Part shown: positions 52,110-64,000 of the stretch, piece by piece
Layout of the letters: the number at the start of each line of letters is the position of its first letter
Numbering within the stretch: position 1 is the first letter of the stretch
Assembly: GCF_023055435.1 (NCBI RefSeq)
Contig: NW_025963890.1
Span: 10,912,001 to 10,976,000 of the forward strand
DNA: 64,000 nucleotides
Direction of reading: 5' to 3'
Origin: Haliotis rufescens
Lineage: Eukaryota
Position numbers and translations under genes: made by a program
Notes under the pieces: generated by a model
What the model saw: the letters and a program-made list of their open reading frames with translations, nothing else
Told to the model about the DNA's origin: nothing
Databases searched by the model: none

Positions 52110-54225
52110 ATGGGGTAGTGTGAACCTACCGGTACCCAGAGCCCTTACATAGACAGGCATGGGGTCGTGTGGACCCAGAGCCCTTACAGAGACAGGCATG
52201 GAGTAGTGTGCACCTACCCAGAGCCCTTACAGAGACAGGCATGGAGTAGTGTGGACCTACCCAGAGCCCTTACAGAGACAGGCATGGAGTAGTGTGGACC
52301 TACCCAGAGCCCTTACATAGACAAGCATGGAGTAGTGTGGACCTACCCAGAGCCCTTACATAGACAGGCATGGAGAATTGTGGACCTACCCAGAGCCCTT
52401 ACAGAGACAGGCATGGAGTAGTGTGGACCTACCCAGAGCCCTTACAGAGACAGGCATGGAGTAGTGTGGACCTACCCAGAGCCCTTACAGAGACAAGCAT
52501 GGGGTAGTGTGGACCTACCCAGAGCCCTTACAGAGACAGGCATGGGGTAGTGTGGACCTACCCAGAGCCCTTACAGGGACAGGCATGGGGTAGTGTGGAC
52601 CTTCCAAGAGCCCTTACAGGGACAGGCATGGAGTAGTGTGGACCTACCCAGAGCCCTTACAGAGACAAGCATGGGGTAGTGTGGACCTTCCAAGAGCCCT
52701 TACAGGGACAGGCATGGAGTAGTGTGGACCTACCCAGAGCCCTTACAGAGACAGGCATGGAGTAGTGTGGACCTTCCAAGAGCCCTTACAGGGACAGGCA
52801 TGGAGTAGTGTGGACCTACCCAGAGCCCTTAGAGGCACAGGCATGGGGTAGTGTGGACCTTCCAAGAGCCCTTACAGGGACAGGCATGGAGTAGTGTGGA
52901 CCTACCCAGAGCCCTTACAGAGACAAGCATGGGGTAGTGTGGACCTACCCAGAGCCCTCACAGAGACGAGCATGTGGTAGTGTGCACCTACCCAGAGCCC
53001 TTACAGAGACAGGCATGGAGTAGTGTGGACCTTCCAAGAGCCCTTACAGGGACAGGCATGGAGTAGTGTGGACCTACCCAGAGCCCTTACAGAGACAGGC
53101 ATGGAGTAGTGTGGACCTTCCAAGAGCCCTTACAGGGACAGGCATGGAGTAGTGTGGACCTACCCAGAGCCCTTACAGAGACAGGCATGGAGTAGTGTGG
53201 ACCTACCCAGAGCCCTTACAGAGACAGGCATGGAGTAGTGTGGACCGACCCAGAGCCCTTACAGCGACAGCCATGGAGTAGTGTGGACCTACCCAGAGCC
53301 CTTACAGAGACAAGCATGGGGTAGTGTGGACCTTCCAAGAGCCCTTACAGGGACAGGCATGGAGTAGTGTGGACCTACCCAGAGCCCTTACAGAGACAGG
53401 CATGGAGTAGTGTGGACCTTCCAAGAGCCCTTACAGGGACAGGCATGGAGTAGTGTGGACCTACCCAGAGCCCTTAGAGGCACAGGCATGGGGTAGTGTG
53501 GACCTTCCAAGAGCCCTTACAGGGACAGGCATGGAGTAGTGTGGACCTACCCAGAGCCCTTACAGAGACAAGCATGGGGTAGTGTGGACCTACCCAGAGC
53601 CCTTACAGGGACAGGCATGGAGTAGTGTGGACCTACCCAGAGCCCTTAGAGGCACAGGCATGGGGTAGTGTGGACCTTCCAAGAGCCCTTACAGGGACAG
53701 GCATGGAGTAGTGTGGACCTACCCAGAGCCCTTACAGAGACAGGCATGGAGTAGTGTGGACCTTCCAAGAGCCCTTACAGGGACAGGCATGGAGTAGTGT
53801 GGACCTACCCAGAGCCCTTACAGAGACAGGCATGGAGTAGTGTGGACCTACCCAGAGCCCTTACAGCGACAGCCATGGAGTAGTGTGGACCTACCCAGAG
53901 CCCTTACAGCGACAGGCATGGAGTAGTGTGGACCTACCAAGAGCCCTTACATAGACAGGCATGGAGTAGTGTGGACCTACCCAGAGCCCTTACAGGGACA
54001 GGCATGGAGTAATGTGGACCTACCCAGAGTCCTTACATAGACAGGCATGGGGTAGGGTGGACCTTCCCAGAGACCTTACAGGGACAGGCATTGAGTAGTG
54101 TGGACCTACCCAGAGCCCTTACAGGGACAGGCATGGAGTAGTGTGGACCTACCCAGAGCCCTTACAGGGACAGGCATGGAGTAGTGTGGACCTACCCAGA
54201 GCCCTTACGGAGACAGGCATGGGGT
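52110..54225. repeat. 43-bp minisatellite, about 49 copies
   Basis: Unit gtagtgtggacctacccagagcccttacagagacaggcatgga. Confidence 0.95.
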
Positions 54226-55521
54226 ACATGGAACGCTACGTACCCGGACAAGATTCTTTGAACCCTATTAACCTCGGAAACACATATTTAAATCACATGG
54301 TATACACAAAATGTATATATATGACAGCTGATTTTTAACGTTTGGTGAGTCATTTTGACATCGCTGGAAATAATAACGTCGTTATGGGCGGTGGTGAATG
54401 GGGTATCCAGTTATGTTCTGAGGAATTAACCGTATGATTATTTTAACCGTGTTTCGACTGATGAATGATATTCAACAAAATAACAAGATGCTCTCTGTAA
54501 GACAGTGACCTGATTTACACACCTGAGTCCACTCTGTCCATATACATCATGTCATCGTGTCCCAGTGACTGTAACGTTCCCAGTCAGCAGGTGTACGTAC
54601 TCTTCAGTCGTGAAAGTAATGGCTGATTAAGGCTGTTACAGGAAATAATGTTTTGCGCCGTTAGCAACATTAAAGTTATAACACGCGTTATGTAAAAACT
54701 TTGAGTCAGATAATCCGGTGATTGATAGCATGATCAACGACTTGGTTGTGACGACACACAGTCACATGTGCCTCATTGTAACATTCATCCTTATTTTAGG
54801 CCATTACAGTAAGAATGTGGTACTGATGGCCTAATCTGCTTAAATAGGCTTGGGTATAGCTTGTGCTTACATAACACCTACCCTTGTTACTAACACGAAA
54901 CACAATATCATCAACTTAAACTAAATCAAGTTGGGTAAAATCATTTTCATTTTAAAAAGTGCAATAATTAAGATTGATTAAAAGTAGTTTACACAGCGGG
55001 GAGAATGATCACGGCCGGTGCGGCTCAAGGGAGATCACTCGTGTGAACTTAGCTATGTTGCATTGCTGTGCAAAATCATCTGCAGAGGGACGTTTACCTC
55101 AACATACATGCAAATGATGCATAAATTGCGGGCTTTTACATTTCTATTTTCAAAACTCTATCTTCAGGTCTCTAAATACCTACACCAATCGATGGTAATT
55201 GTTTCTCATTGGTTACACTAAACATTAAACTGAAGAACATACATTCTATGATAAAAAAAATAAAATTATTCAGTTATAATCATAGTCACCGTTGATGACC
55301 ATCGACCGCATTGTCTGCAGTTTTCTTGCAGAATGTCATTGAATGTGGCCTCCCTTCTGCCTTATCACAATAATGTATTATGTTTGTGAAACATCTTTTT
55401 CTGGCTGAGGCGGAGAAGCTGAAGTTGACAGTCCGCTGTAGGTCTGATTGATGACAGCGCTAGTTGCCCTCTTGTTCACCATGCTCGTGGGTTTCATGAG
55501 GGCGGCAAACGTCACAGATGG

Positions 55522-55826
55522 TGTGAGGTGAAATGGTGTTTACGTCGGGTTGAAGATTATTGCAATATATGGCGCCGTGCATGCTTACGGTGACATTTGT
55601 ACAAGTGTAGACTACAATGTTTAATAATAATCACACGTTTAATGATTCAGGTCTGATATAGACATATGTAGATACGGTTGCAGCTTAGTTTATAGATATT
55701 AAAATATTTTGGGCATGAAACCATATTAAGAATAAATGCTCAGTATAGGTATGTCCATATTCCCAAAGTGAGTCAGTTGTGTTTTACGCCGCTGTGAATA
55801 GTATTTTAGTTATATGAATTCGAGCC

Positions 55827-55901
<75 letters not shown>

Positions 55902-56125
55902 GTATAGTGCAAGATCACTGAGATACCATGCCGCAATTTAACATGAATACCCCACTCGGACACAGTATACTGACACCGAGCCGACCAGTGCTTGTTTTAG
56001 CCTCTTTAAGTCGAGCGCCAGGCAGGGTAACAACCTATACAATCTTTTCGCGTTTTTGTTTTTTGGATGACACGCCCAGGTATCAACACTCGGCCTTCCT
56101 CTCTCGGACAGACCACGGAGGTGGA
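55522..56125 (-). mobile_element. SINE family 3, split into two pieces (tail about 55522-55585, body about 55900-56125)
   Basis: Both pieces match the family 3 consensus; the intervening sequence includes (GT)n. Confidence 0.65.
55829..55900. repeat. (GT)n microsatellite
   Basis: Dinucleotide run. Confidence 0.95.
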
Positions 56126-56249
56126 CCTAAACGTCCAATACCTTTCCGTGATGAACATGTATCACAGGAATCAGACGTTATGTTCCTGAGGTTGGAGGTT
56201 CGAATCCCCTCCCTGCCAATTGGCAGACATCCAGTTGTCAGACAGTGAG

Positions 56250-56500
56250 GTGGTGAGCTTGGCTTTAACGCCGCTAAGAACTGTATTATAGTTATATGAC
56301 GGCGTGCCAGTTTGATGTAGGAGCAATGAACGAAGTCTTAGACTTTAGTGAAACCCACCAACGAGTTAGGATTCTGACAAACCTAGAAACAAAATCAGGG
56401 CGAACTGGGATTCGAACCCATGATCATCAGTGTCTTGCAAAGGGACGCAAATCTGCACAGCGAATTGCGGTGACTTCCACTACTGGGTCTCTCGTGCCCT
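56250..56500 (-). mobile_element. SINE family 1, diverged
   Basis: Consensus match; other diverged copies near 2860, 7230, 20177, 25123 and 25909. Confidence 0.7.
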
Positions 56501-57974
56501 TGCGTTGGTATGACAGTATGTGGATATGCATTGCAAAAAGTAGATGCTAAGAGGACAATAAACAATTCGTGGGTTAAACATTAAAACTAAAGAAACTTAT
56601 TTTTGACGTTCTCATTTGCCAGTTCACTGGTCCGCTTGACTAAACAGCATGATAAGAATTAGCACTGCTCCCTTTTAACGACACTCAAAATGTCGACTTC
56701 AGTTAAAATGACCTCTCACCAGAACAAGTGTTGCTTAGTACATTTAGCCTTGGTATTATGATTAATTTAAAAGTAAAAATAGACAGCCTGCAGTCTATAA
56801 AGACTGTCAACAGATATACACAAAAGACCCATAGCTGGGAACGACTGAGAACTGCTAGGCTCGAGTACACCCAGTCGTAAGCAATACACGCAGTGTCCTG
56901 TCTAGCCCTTGCACTAATATTGTACTATCGATCAAACACTGTTTAGTGTTCTCTGAATAATGTTAACAGTTAAATCCTTTTCTGACCTTCACCATATACG
57001 GCTTCTGCTTCTTTGACATTTTTTTAAAACAATTTCACGAGTACGCTTTTAGGGTAAGAGTGAGTAAGTATGGATATACGTCATTGTTTGAAATATTCCA
57101 GCAACATCACGGCGGAGGACTGTAGAAATCGGGTTCACACATCATACCCATGTAGGGAATGGAACCCGGGTCTTGGGCGTGACGAGCGAACGCTTTAATT
57201 TAACCACTAGCCTACCCCACAGCTCGTTATAGATAACAGGTAAAGATTTCAATTCGGCGTACAGTTTTTGTTGTAGAATGTTTCAAAAGCTTAATATTTA
57301 AGTAAAATGAATACATATGCTTTAGTCGACACCCACCCCGTGAACGGTTTTATTCTTACATGTATATATATTGGCGTCGAATACGGCGAACGTGAAATAC
57401 TTCTTCCCGACTCGTTTTTGAGAACACGTTTCTTCCCAATGATACTGGGATGTAAATACATATTCATACCGCAACATTATTGTATCTGTGCCAATGCGCT
57501 TCATTTGAACATTTTGACACATAACATCCGATAAAGGGGACATTCGCTGGTTTCAATTTGTATCTTTACACTATCAGATACATTGTATATATCCATAAAT
57601 GTTCAGCTGTCACAATGGATGTCAATCTCAGTGATATATCCAGGGTGTACATTGATGCCTGCGGAGAATGCTTAATACTTTGATTTATGAGGCAGTACAT
57701 TCCTCACTTTCACACCCGGCCTGTGTTCATTGATAATGTCATGTCGTCGTCAAGAAGAGGCATTGATATTATTTTATGATTTGTTCAGATATTACCTGTT
57801 AAGTCAAAATGTTTGCTATCTCTGATAAATTGAATGAGAAAGTAGGTTACATCTGAATCTAGGTCATCAGACATCAGAGCCAGCACTCCAGGTTCAACAG
57901 TTTTATTGTCTAAAATAGAAGTGATCGTGCACATGTGTGCACTCACTCGTGCACTCCAAGTAGCCATGCTGGAT

Positions 57975-58212
57975 TGAGTGTGAGTGAGTGAGTTGGGTTT
58001 ACGGCGCTTTTAACAGTATTCCAGTTATATCACGGCGTGTCAGCTTAATGTGGGAGGAAAGCCCAAAGTGATGCAGTTCCCATGAGTATGGTGCTGACAA
58101 ACCTGGAAACCTAATCGGGCGAACCGGGATTCGAACCCACAATCATAGGTTTCGTGCAAGGGACGCACCTCTACACAGCGAATCGTGGCGCCTAAGACGA
58201 TGACTGGGTCAC
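57975..58212 (-). mobile_element. SINE family 1 with deletions
   Basis: Consensus match with (GAGT)n on the plus strand. Confidence 0.8.
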
Positions 58213-58847
58213 CTGTGAAATAGAAAGACATTTCACAGAAATAGAAAGAAATATGTGTGTAGAATGTATACACATACAAGACATTTTTAGATCAGAACCT
58301 GTATAGGAATGTGTTTTAATCTTAAACAGGTTTAGAATATTTAAAAAGTGACATTTGTGATGTCAAACATCTACGTAGCACAGGTGGTAGCGTGAAGGAT
58401 TACACAAGAGGTTCCAGGTTCGTATACCGCCGAGGTTTTATAGTGTTGTGTTCATAAATGTTGTGTGACTAATAGTATTTATGATGAGCAGGGGATAAAG
58501 TATTGCGCTGTATTATGATTTCACAATTCCTTGTGACGCATGCATAGTTTCTTCTTTTAAAATACTTTGTGCAATTTGACTTTTATTTATGATTATTGTA
58601 ATAATGACATTTGCCAACTGTGCGGCGTTAGGCAACAAATACACTTGGCCGAGTCTATGATGTTTCCATTGTTGCGATATGGTTGTAACCAGTCATGTTC
58701 CCATAACATTATGATATCCTCAGACAGAATATGTTCCCCATGTTTGTCGCAAGATCCGACTAAATGGCATCGCGCGCTGATAAAGGTGGTATAGAGATTA
58801 CTTAACTACACACCTGAAAATTACCACACGCCCTTCGCCTAATTATC

Positions 58848-60780
58848 CGCCTACCTACCAACCCAGCTACCAATCCTCCCACCAAACTCCCTGTCCACTC
58901 ACCCACCCTACCTATCTACCCACCCAGCTACCAATCCTACTACCACTCCCTGTCCACCCACCCACCCTACCTACCTACCCACCCAGCTACCAATCCTCCC
59001 ACCAAACTCCCTGTACACCCACCCACCCTACCTACCTACCCAACCAGCTACCAATCCTCCCACCAAACTCCCTGTCCATTCACCCACCCTACCTACCTAC
59101 CCACCCAGCTACCAATCCTCCCACCAAACTCCCTGTACACCCACCCACCCTACCTACCTACCCACCCAGCTACTAATCCTCCCACCAAACTCCCTGTACA
59201 CCCACCCACCCTACCTATCTACCCACCCAGCTACTAATCCTCCAACCAAACTCCCTGTACACCCACCCACCCTACCTATCTACCCACCCAGCTACTAATC
59301 CTCCCACCAAACTCCCTGTACACCCACCCACCCTACCTATCTACCCACCCAGCTACCAATCCTCCCACCAAACTCCCTGTCCACCCACCCACCCTACCTA
59401 CCTACCCACCCAGCTACTAATCCTCCAACCAAACTCCCTGTACACCCACCCACCCTACCTACCTACCCACCCAGCTACTAATCCTCCAACCAAACTCCCT
59501 GTACACCCACCCACCCTACCTATCTACCCACCCAGCAACCAATCCTCCCACCAAACTCCCTGTACACCCACCCACCCTACCTACCTACCCAACCAGCTAC
59601 CAATCCTCCCACCAAACTCCCTGTCCACCCACCCACCCTACCTATCTACCCACCCAGCTACCAATCCTCCCACCAAACTCCCTGTACACCCACCCACCCT
59701 ACCTACCTACCCACCCAGCAACCAATCCTCCCACCAAACTCCCTGTACACCCACCCACCCTACCTACCTGCCCAACCAGCTACCAATCCTCCCACCAAAC
59801 TCCCTGTACACCCACCCACTCTACCTACCTATCTACCCACCCAGCTACCAATCCTCCCACCAAACTCCCTGTCCACCCACCCACCCTACCTATCTACCCA
59901 CCCAGCTACCAATCCTCCCACCAAACTCCCTGTCCACCCACCCACCCTACCTACCTACCCACCCAGCTACTAATCCTCCAACCAAACTCCCTGTACACCC
60001 ACCCACCCTACCTACCTACCCACCCAGCTACTAATCCTCCCACCAAACTCCCTGTACACCCACCCACCCTACCTACCTACCCACCCAGCAACCAATCCTC
60101 CCACCAAACTCCCTGTACACCCACCCACCCTACCTACCTACCCAACCAGCTACCAATCCTCCCACCAAACTCCCTGTACACCCACCCACTCTACCTACCT
60201 ATCTACCCACCCAGCTACCAATCCTCCCACCAAACTCCCTGTCCACCCACCCACCCTACCTATCTACCCACCCAGCTACCAATCCTCCCACCAAACTCCC
60301 TGTCCACCCACCCACCCTACCTATCTACCCACCCAGCTACCAATCCTCCCACCAAACTCCCTGTCCACCCACCCACCCTACCTATCTACCCACCCAGCTA
60401 CTAATCCTCCCACCAAACTCCCTGTACACCCACCCACCCTACCTACCTATCTACCCAGCTACCAATCCTCCCACCAAACTCCCTGTCCACTCACCCACCC
60501 TACATATCTACCCACCCAGCTACCAATCCTCCTATCACTCCCTGTCCACCTACCTACCCTACCTGTCTACCCACCCATCTACCCATGCACCCACCTACCC
60601 ATCCACCTACCTACCCATCTACCTAACAACACACGCTCCAGCCCACCTACCTACCTACCTTCCCACCTACCTACCTGAAACCCACCTACTTACCCATCCA
60701 CCCGCGTAATACCCACCCACCCATCCACTTATCCACCAACCCATCCATCTACCCATCCACCAACCTATCCACCTACCTAC
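58848..60780. repeat. ~61-bp C-rich minisatellite, about 28 copies, decaying into (CCTA/CCCA)n
   Basis: Unit cacccagctaccaatcctcccaccaaactccctgtacacccacccaccctacctacctacc. Confidence 0.95.
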
Positions 60781-61359
60781 CGACATAATGTGGAATATTC
60801 AACTATTTTTATGAACAGATTAAACGCAGAAAAATAAAAAATGCAGCAAAAGTGTTTGGGTGATCCTGGCACAGTCAGGCTGGTTAGGCTCATCATCAGC
60901 TCAGGGCCTTGTCCCCTCTACACGCAGCCCAGACAGCGAATGAGATTTCTCACAGGAAGCTCTGCCTAGTCAAACCCACCCATTACTTAGTGAAGACTCC
61001 CCAACACTGCAGCCGTCTGCATTACCCAGATTGTCAGAAGGGCTGTTTTCCTGGCAGCAAACCCGGGTACTATCCAAATGTCAGTCAACAGACTAAGGCA
61101 ACGAGAACAATCAGGAGTCGGACAACATGGCACTTGGGAAAAAGCGTGACATTTCGAAAGCAAGGTCCGCATATTTGCCATGTTTTTCCTGAATCTTGTC
61201 AATCACATGAGTGTCAAAAGGAACAGAAGTTTAACGATAATATTGATTTCATTGGATTTATCAAAAAGCAAAATATCAGGTTTGTTGGCCTGAATAGGTC
61301 AGAGGCTGTATACGGGCCTATTCCAAAGAATTTTGTATTAGTAATTTTCCATTACACAC

Positions 61360-61790
61360 ATTGACGGTGTCGAGTGTGAAGTGACTGGTCCTGAGCAGCA
61401 AACAGAAAGCTCTTCGGTATCACTTTTCAGGCCAGCCGACTTCATCCAAATGGTTGCTGATCCTCTCAACACACTGTACATATACTCGATGCAGTAGTCG
61501 TTCAAATAGCCTCTCCTTGAAAACCGAGTCTGGTCAGACTTGATATGACACTTCTCTTGGTTGACACTCATTTCTGTACCGTCCAGCAGTACAGAACCAT
61601 CAACAAAATCAACATTGACATTGAGATTATATATGTCCCACATCCTTGGCTCATTTAAGATAACTGTGGAATGCCTTGTTTTAATCATGAGTCTTGACTT
61701 GCTTCACAAGAGGATCATCAGTCAAATATATATGTGCAAAAGTGCACAAAACAATTCTATCATGAAGAGCCTCCACATTAATCAGACCAC
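61360..61790 (-). mobile_element. Decayed non-LTR retrotransposon fragment (R4/Dong-like C-terminal region)
   Basis: WMKSAGLKSDTEE followed, after a frameshift, by AAQDQSLHTR resembles the WLxxxGLKxETEGxIxAAQDQxLxTR motif (from recall). Confidence 0.6.
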
Positions 61791-61893
61791 GCCCTCACAT
61801 TATGATCCGTAAATATAAGCGATTGTGGGATGAGATATGGTGGTGGGATCCATTGTCTTCCATGATTCTTCGTGTGAGTTTGTCAGTCCCCCG

Positions 61894-62246
61894 TGACAGC
61901 CTCCGTGGTCTAGTGGCAGAGCGTCCGCCCGGAGAGCGGAAGGTCCCGGCTTCGATCCCCGACCGCGTCATACCAAAAGACGTTAAAAGATTGTACTTGT
62001 TGTTACCCTGTCTGGCGCTCGGCATTAAGGGGCTAAAACAAGAACTGGTCGGCTCGGAGTCAGTATACTGTGTCTGAGTGGGGTATTCATGTTAAACTGC
62101 GGCATGGTATCTCAGTGAGTTAGCACTATAAATCGGCATCAGTCCGGACTAGTACAGGCAGCCACACAAACACACACACGTACATGCACGTCGCTATATA
62201 AGTGCAATAATCTTGGACGCGACGTTTAACCCCTTTTCACCTCACC
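61894..62246 (+). mobile_element. SINE family 3, full length
   Basis: A/B boxes, (CACCT)n tail, TSD-like ttgtcagt(a)cccc. Confidence 0.9.
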
Positions 62247-63549
62247 TTGTCAGTACCCCGAGTTTCGTGCTGTGTCCAATCACCAACACCAAAAGAATAT
62301 GAAAGAACGGGTGCAGCATAAGTATTTGTGGCTTTAATTTCATTGCGAGGGTTCAGCTCTTAACTCCAAACTTTCTTTAGTCTACATTTGTACTCTGCCT
62401 TAATATGAGCATTTTGAGTACGTATAGGCCTGACCTCCAAAGGGATGGCCAATACCGCCTCCCCCAAGTTAACTGACCGATCCTCCCTCTTCTACCACGC
62501 CAAGTTTAAGATGAAAAAATGTTGCATTTGTCGAGTCCAAAGGACATAAGAAAAGGACTCGACAATAAGAATCTGTTTTTTAGTGTGGATCCTCCATTGG
62601 CAATAAGTTCAAGGTCATCCATGCAAAGGCAATTATTATTATTTTTGTCAGACATGTTCTCTGTCATCCGATTTGTAAGAAGTAAGAAATGTATTCAACA
62701 TAAAACCAAGAACGTGTCCTCTTATTCCACGTTCATTTCCACATGATTGCAGAAAAAGATATTACTTGGCTCAAAAATGAAAATGAAATTGTATATATTT
62801 GTCCTTTCTGTTAAATAAATATTTAAAAACCGACACTCGCTATGTGATTTATACATGCAAGAGACTCATTCAGTAAATGTCCTTGCACTGAGAACCATCG
62901 TTCCAAGCACACATAAACATACACGACTGGGACTTATAAAGAAAGACTATGTATTACAACAATGAAGGTGAACCTCATTTGTCCAAATATTTGCTACACA
63001 CGTGAAAGCCCCTTAGCACAGTGTTATCTTACACTCCTCAAGAACAGCTAAGTTATTCCTGATATTGTACAAACGCGTCAAGGTAAGTATATACATATTT
63101 TCTCACACACACCCAAAGTATTGCTTCAAACGTGGCACGTTTTATGTAGAAATAATGGGTTTTTCAAATGCGACGACTTGAGCGTGTACTTTTGTTGTCG
63201 AGAAGCAATGTTTGGCAGGGTAGCTGTACAGAGAGTACAGTTGTCACATCTCTCACAGGATCACGGGAGTAAGTAGAATACATGTTGGCACAAGGCTTCA
63301 AATAAAAGGTTTAAGAGGTAGTATTATAATGATGACGGTAATAATCAACTAAAACTACAACCGCTGCTGCTGCTGCTGCTGCTACTACTACTACTACTAC
63401 CATCACCGCCTCCACTAAAACGACCAATTTATACCACCACAACATCCTCTCTCGTGTGTTTAATTAATCGAAGTCTCTTTATGGACAGGTATCAATTGGG
63501 GTATGATGGTGAGATCGCTATGACGGGGACATGGGTGTAGGGGAGCCGG

Positions 63550-63996
63550 GTGGTCTTGACGTCCATGATGACATTGCTATGTCTGCGACACGGATGTAGG
63601 AGGCACGTGGTCTTGACGTCAATGATGACATTGCTGTGTATGAGACACGGATGTAGGAGGCACGTGGTCTTGACGTCCATGATGACATTGCTATGTCTGA
63701 GACACGGATGTAGGAGGCACGTGGTCTTGACGTCCATGATGACATTGCTGTGTCTGAGACACGGATGTAGGAGGCACGTGGTCTTGACGTCCATGATGAC
63801 ATTTCTATGTCTGAGACACGGATGTAAGAGGCACGTGGTCTTGACGTCCATGATTGCGTTGCTATGTCTGAGACACGGATGTAGGAGGCACGTGGTCTTG
63901 ACGTCCATGATGACATTGCTATGTCTGAGACACGGATGTAGGAGGCACGTGGTCTTGACGTCCATGATGACATTGCTATGTCTGAGACACGGATGT
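63550..63996. repeat. 57-bp minisatellite, about 8 copies
   Basis: Unit gtggtcttgacgtccatgatgacattgctatgtctgagacacggatgtaggaggcac. Confidence 0.95.
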
Positions 63997-64000
63997 TTGA

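Noticed and set aside
60850-61364. 151-aa plus-strand ORF in a coding-like GC stretch
   Set aside because: Non-ATG start, no recognisable motif and adjacent to a decayed LINE fragment; cannot be supported as a gene.
63492-63973. 19-aa repeat ORFs (MDVKTTCLLHPCLRHSNVI)n
   Set aside because: A by-product of a 57-bp unit divisible by 3; open in two frames with no unique coding flank.

Overview
Repeat-rich, intron-containing eukaryotic (animal) DNA. The SINE and satellite content resembles mollusc, possibly abalone, sequence; this is from recall and unverified. The main content is a head-to-tail array of at least five paralogous genes on the minus strand: E 49025-45189, D 39881-36621, C 29604-21789, B 14444-12033, and A, whose first coding exon is 762-492 with the rest beyond the left edge. 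Each encodes an N-terminal CABIT domain (GAREM/THEMIS/Serrano family), split by a phase-1 intron at the same codon, followed by a divergent disordered tail with Pro-rich and Tyr docking motifs. Only copy C visibly keeps the C-terminal SAM-like domain. The first coding exon of A, B and C is 98-99% identical over 243 bp although exon 2 is far more diverged, which suggests exon-restricted gene conversion. The rest of the window holds three tRNA-headed SINE families plus one related SINE-like family (several with target-site duplications, TSDs), Tc1/mariner-type MITEs, Penelope-like and R4/Dong-like retroelement fragments, about ten minisatellite arrays and five assembly gaps. No CRISPR array, rRNA or genuine tRNA gene was seen. 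Domain and family assignments rest on motif recognition by eye, not on database searches; repeat boundaries are approximate.
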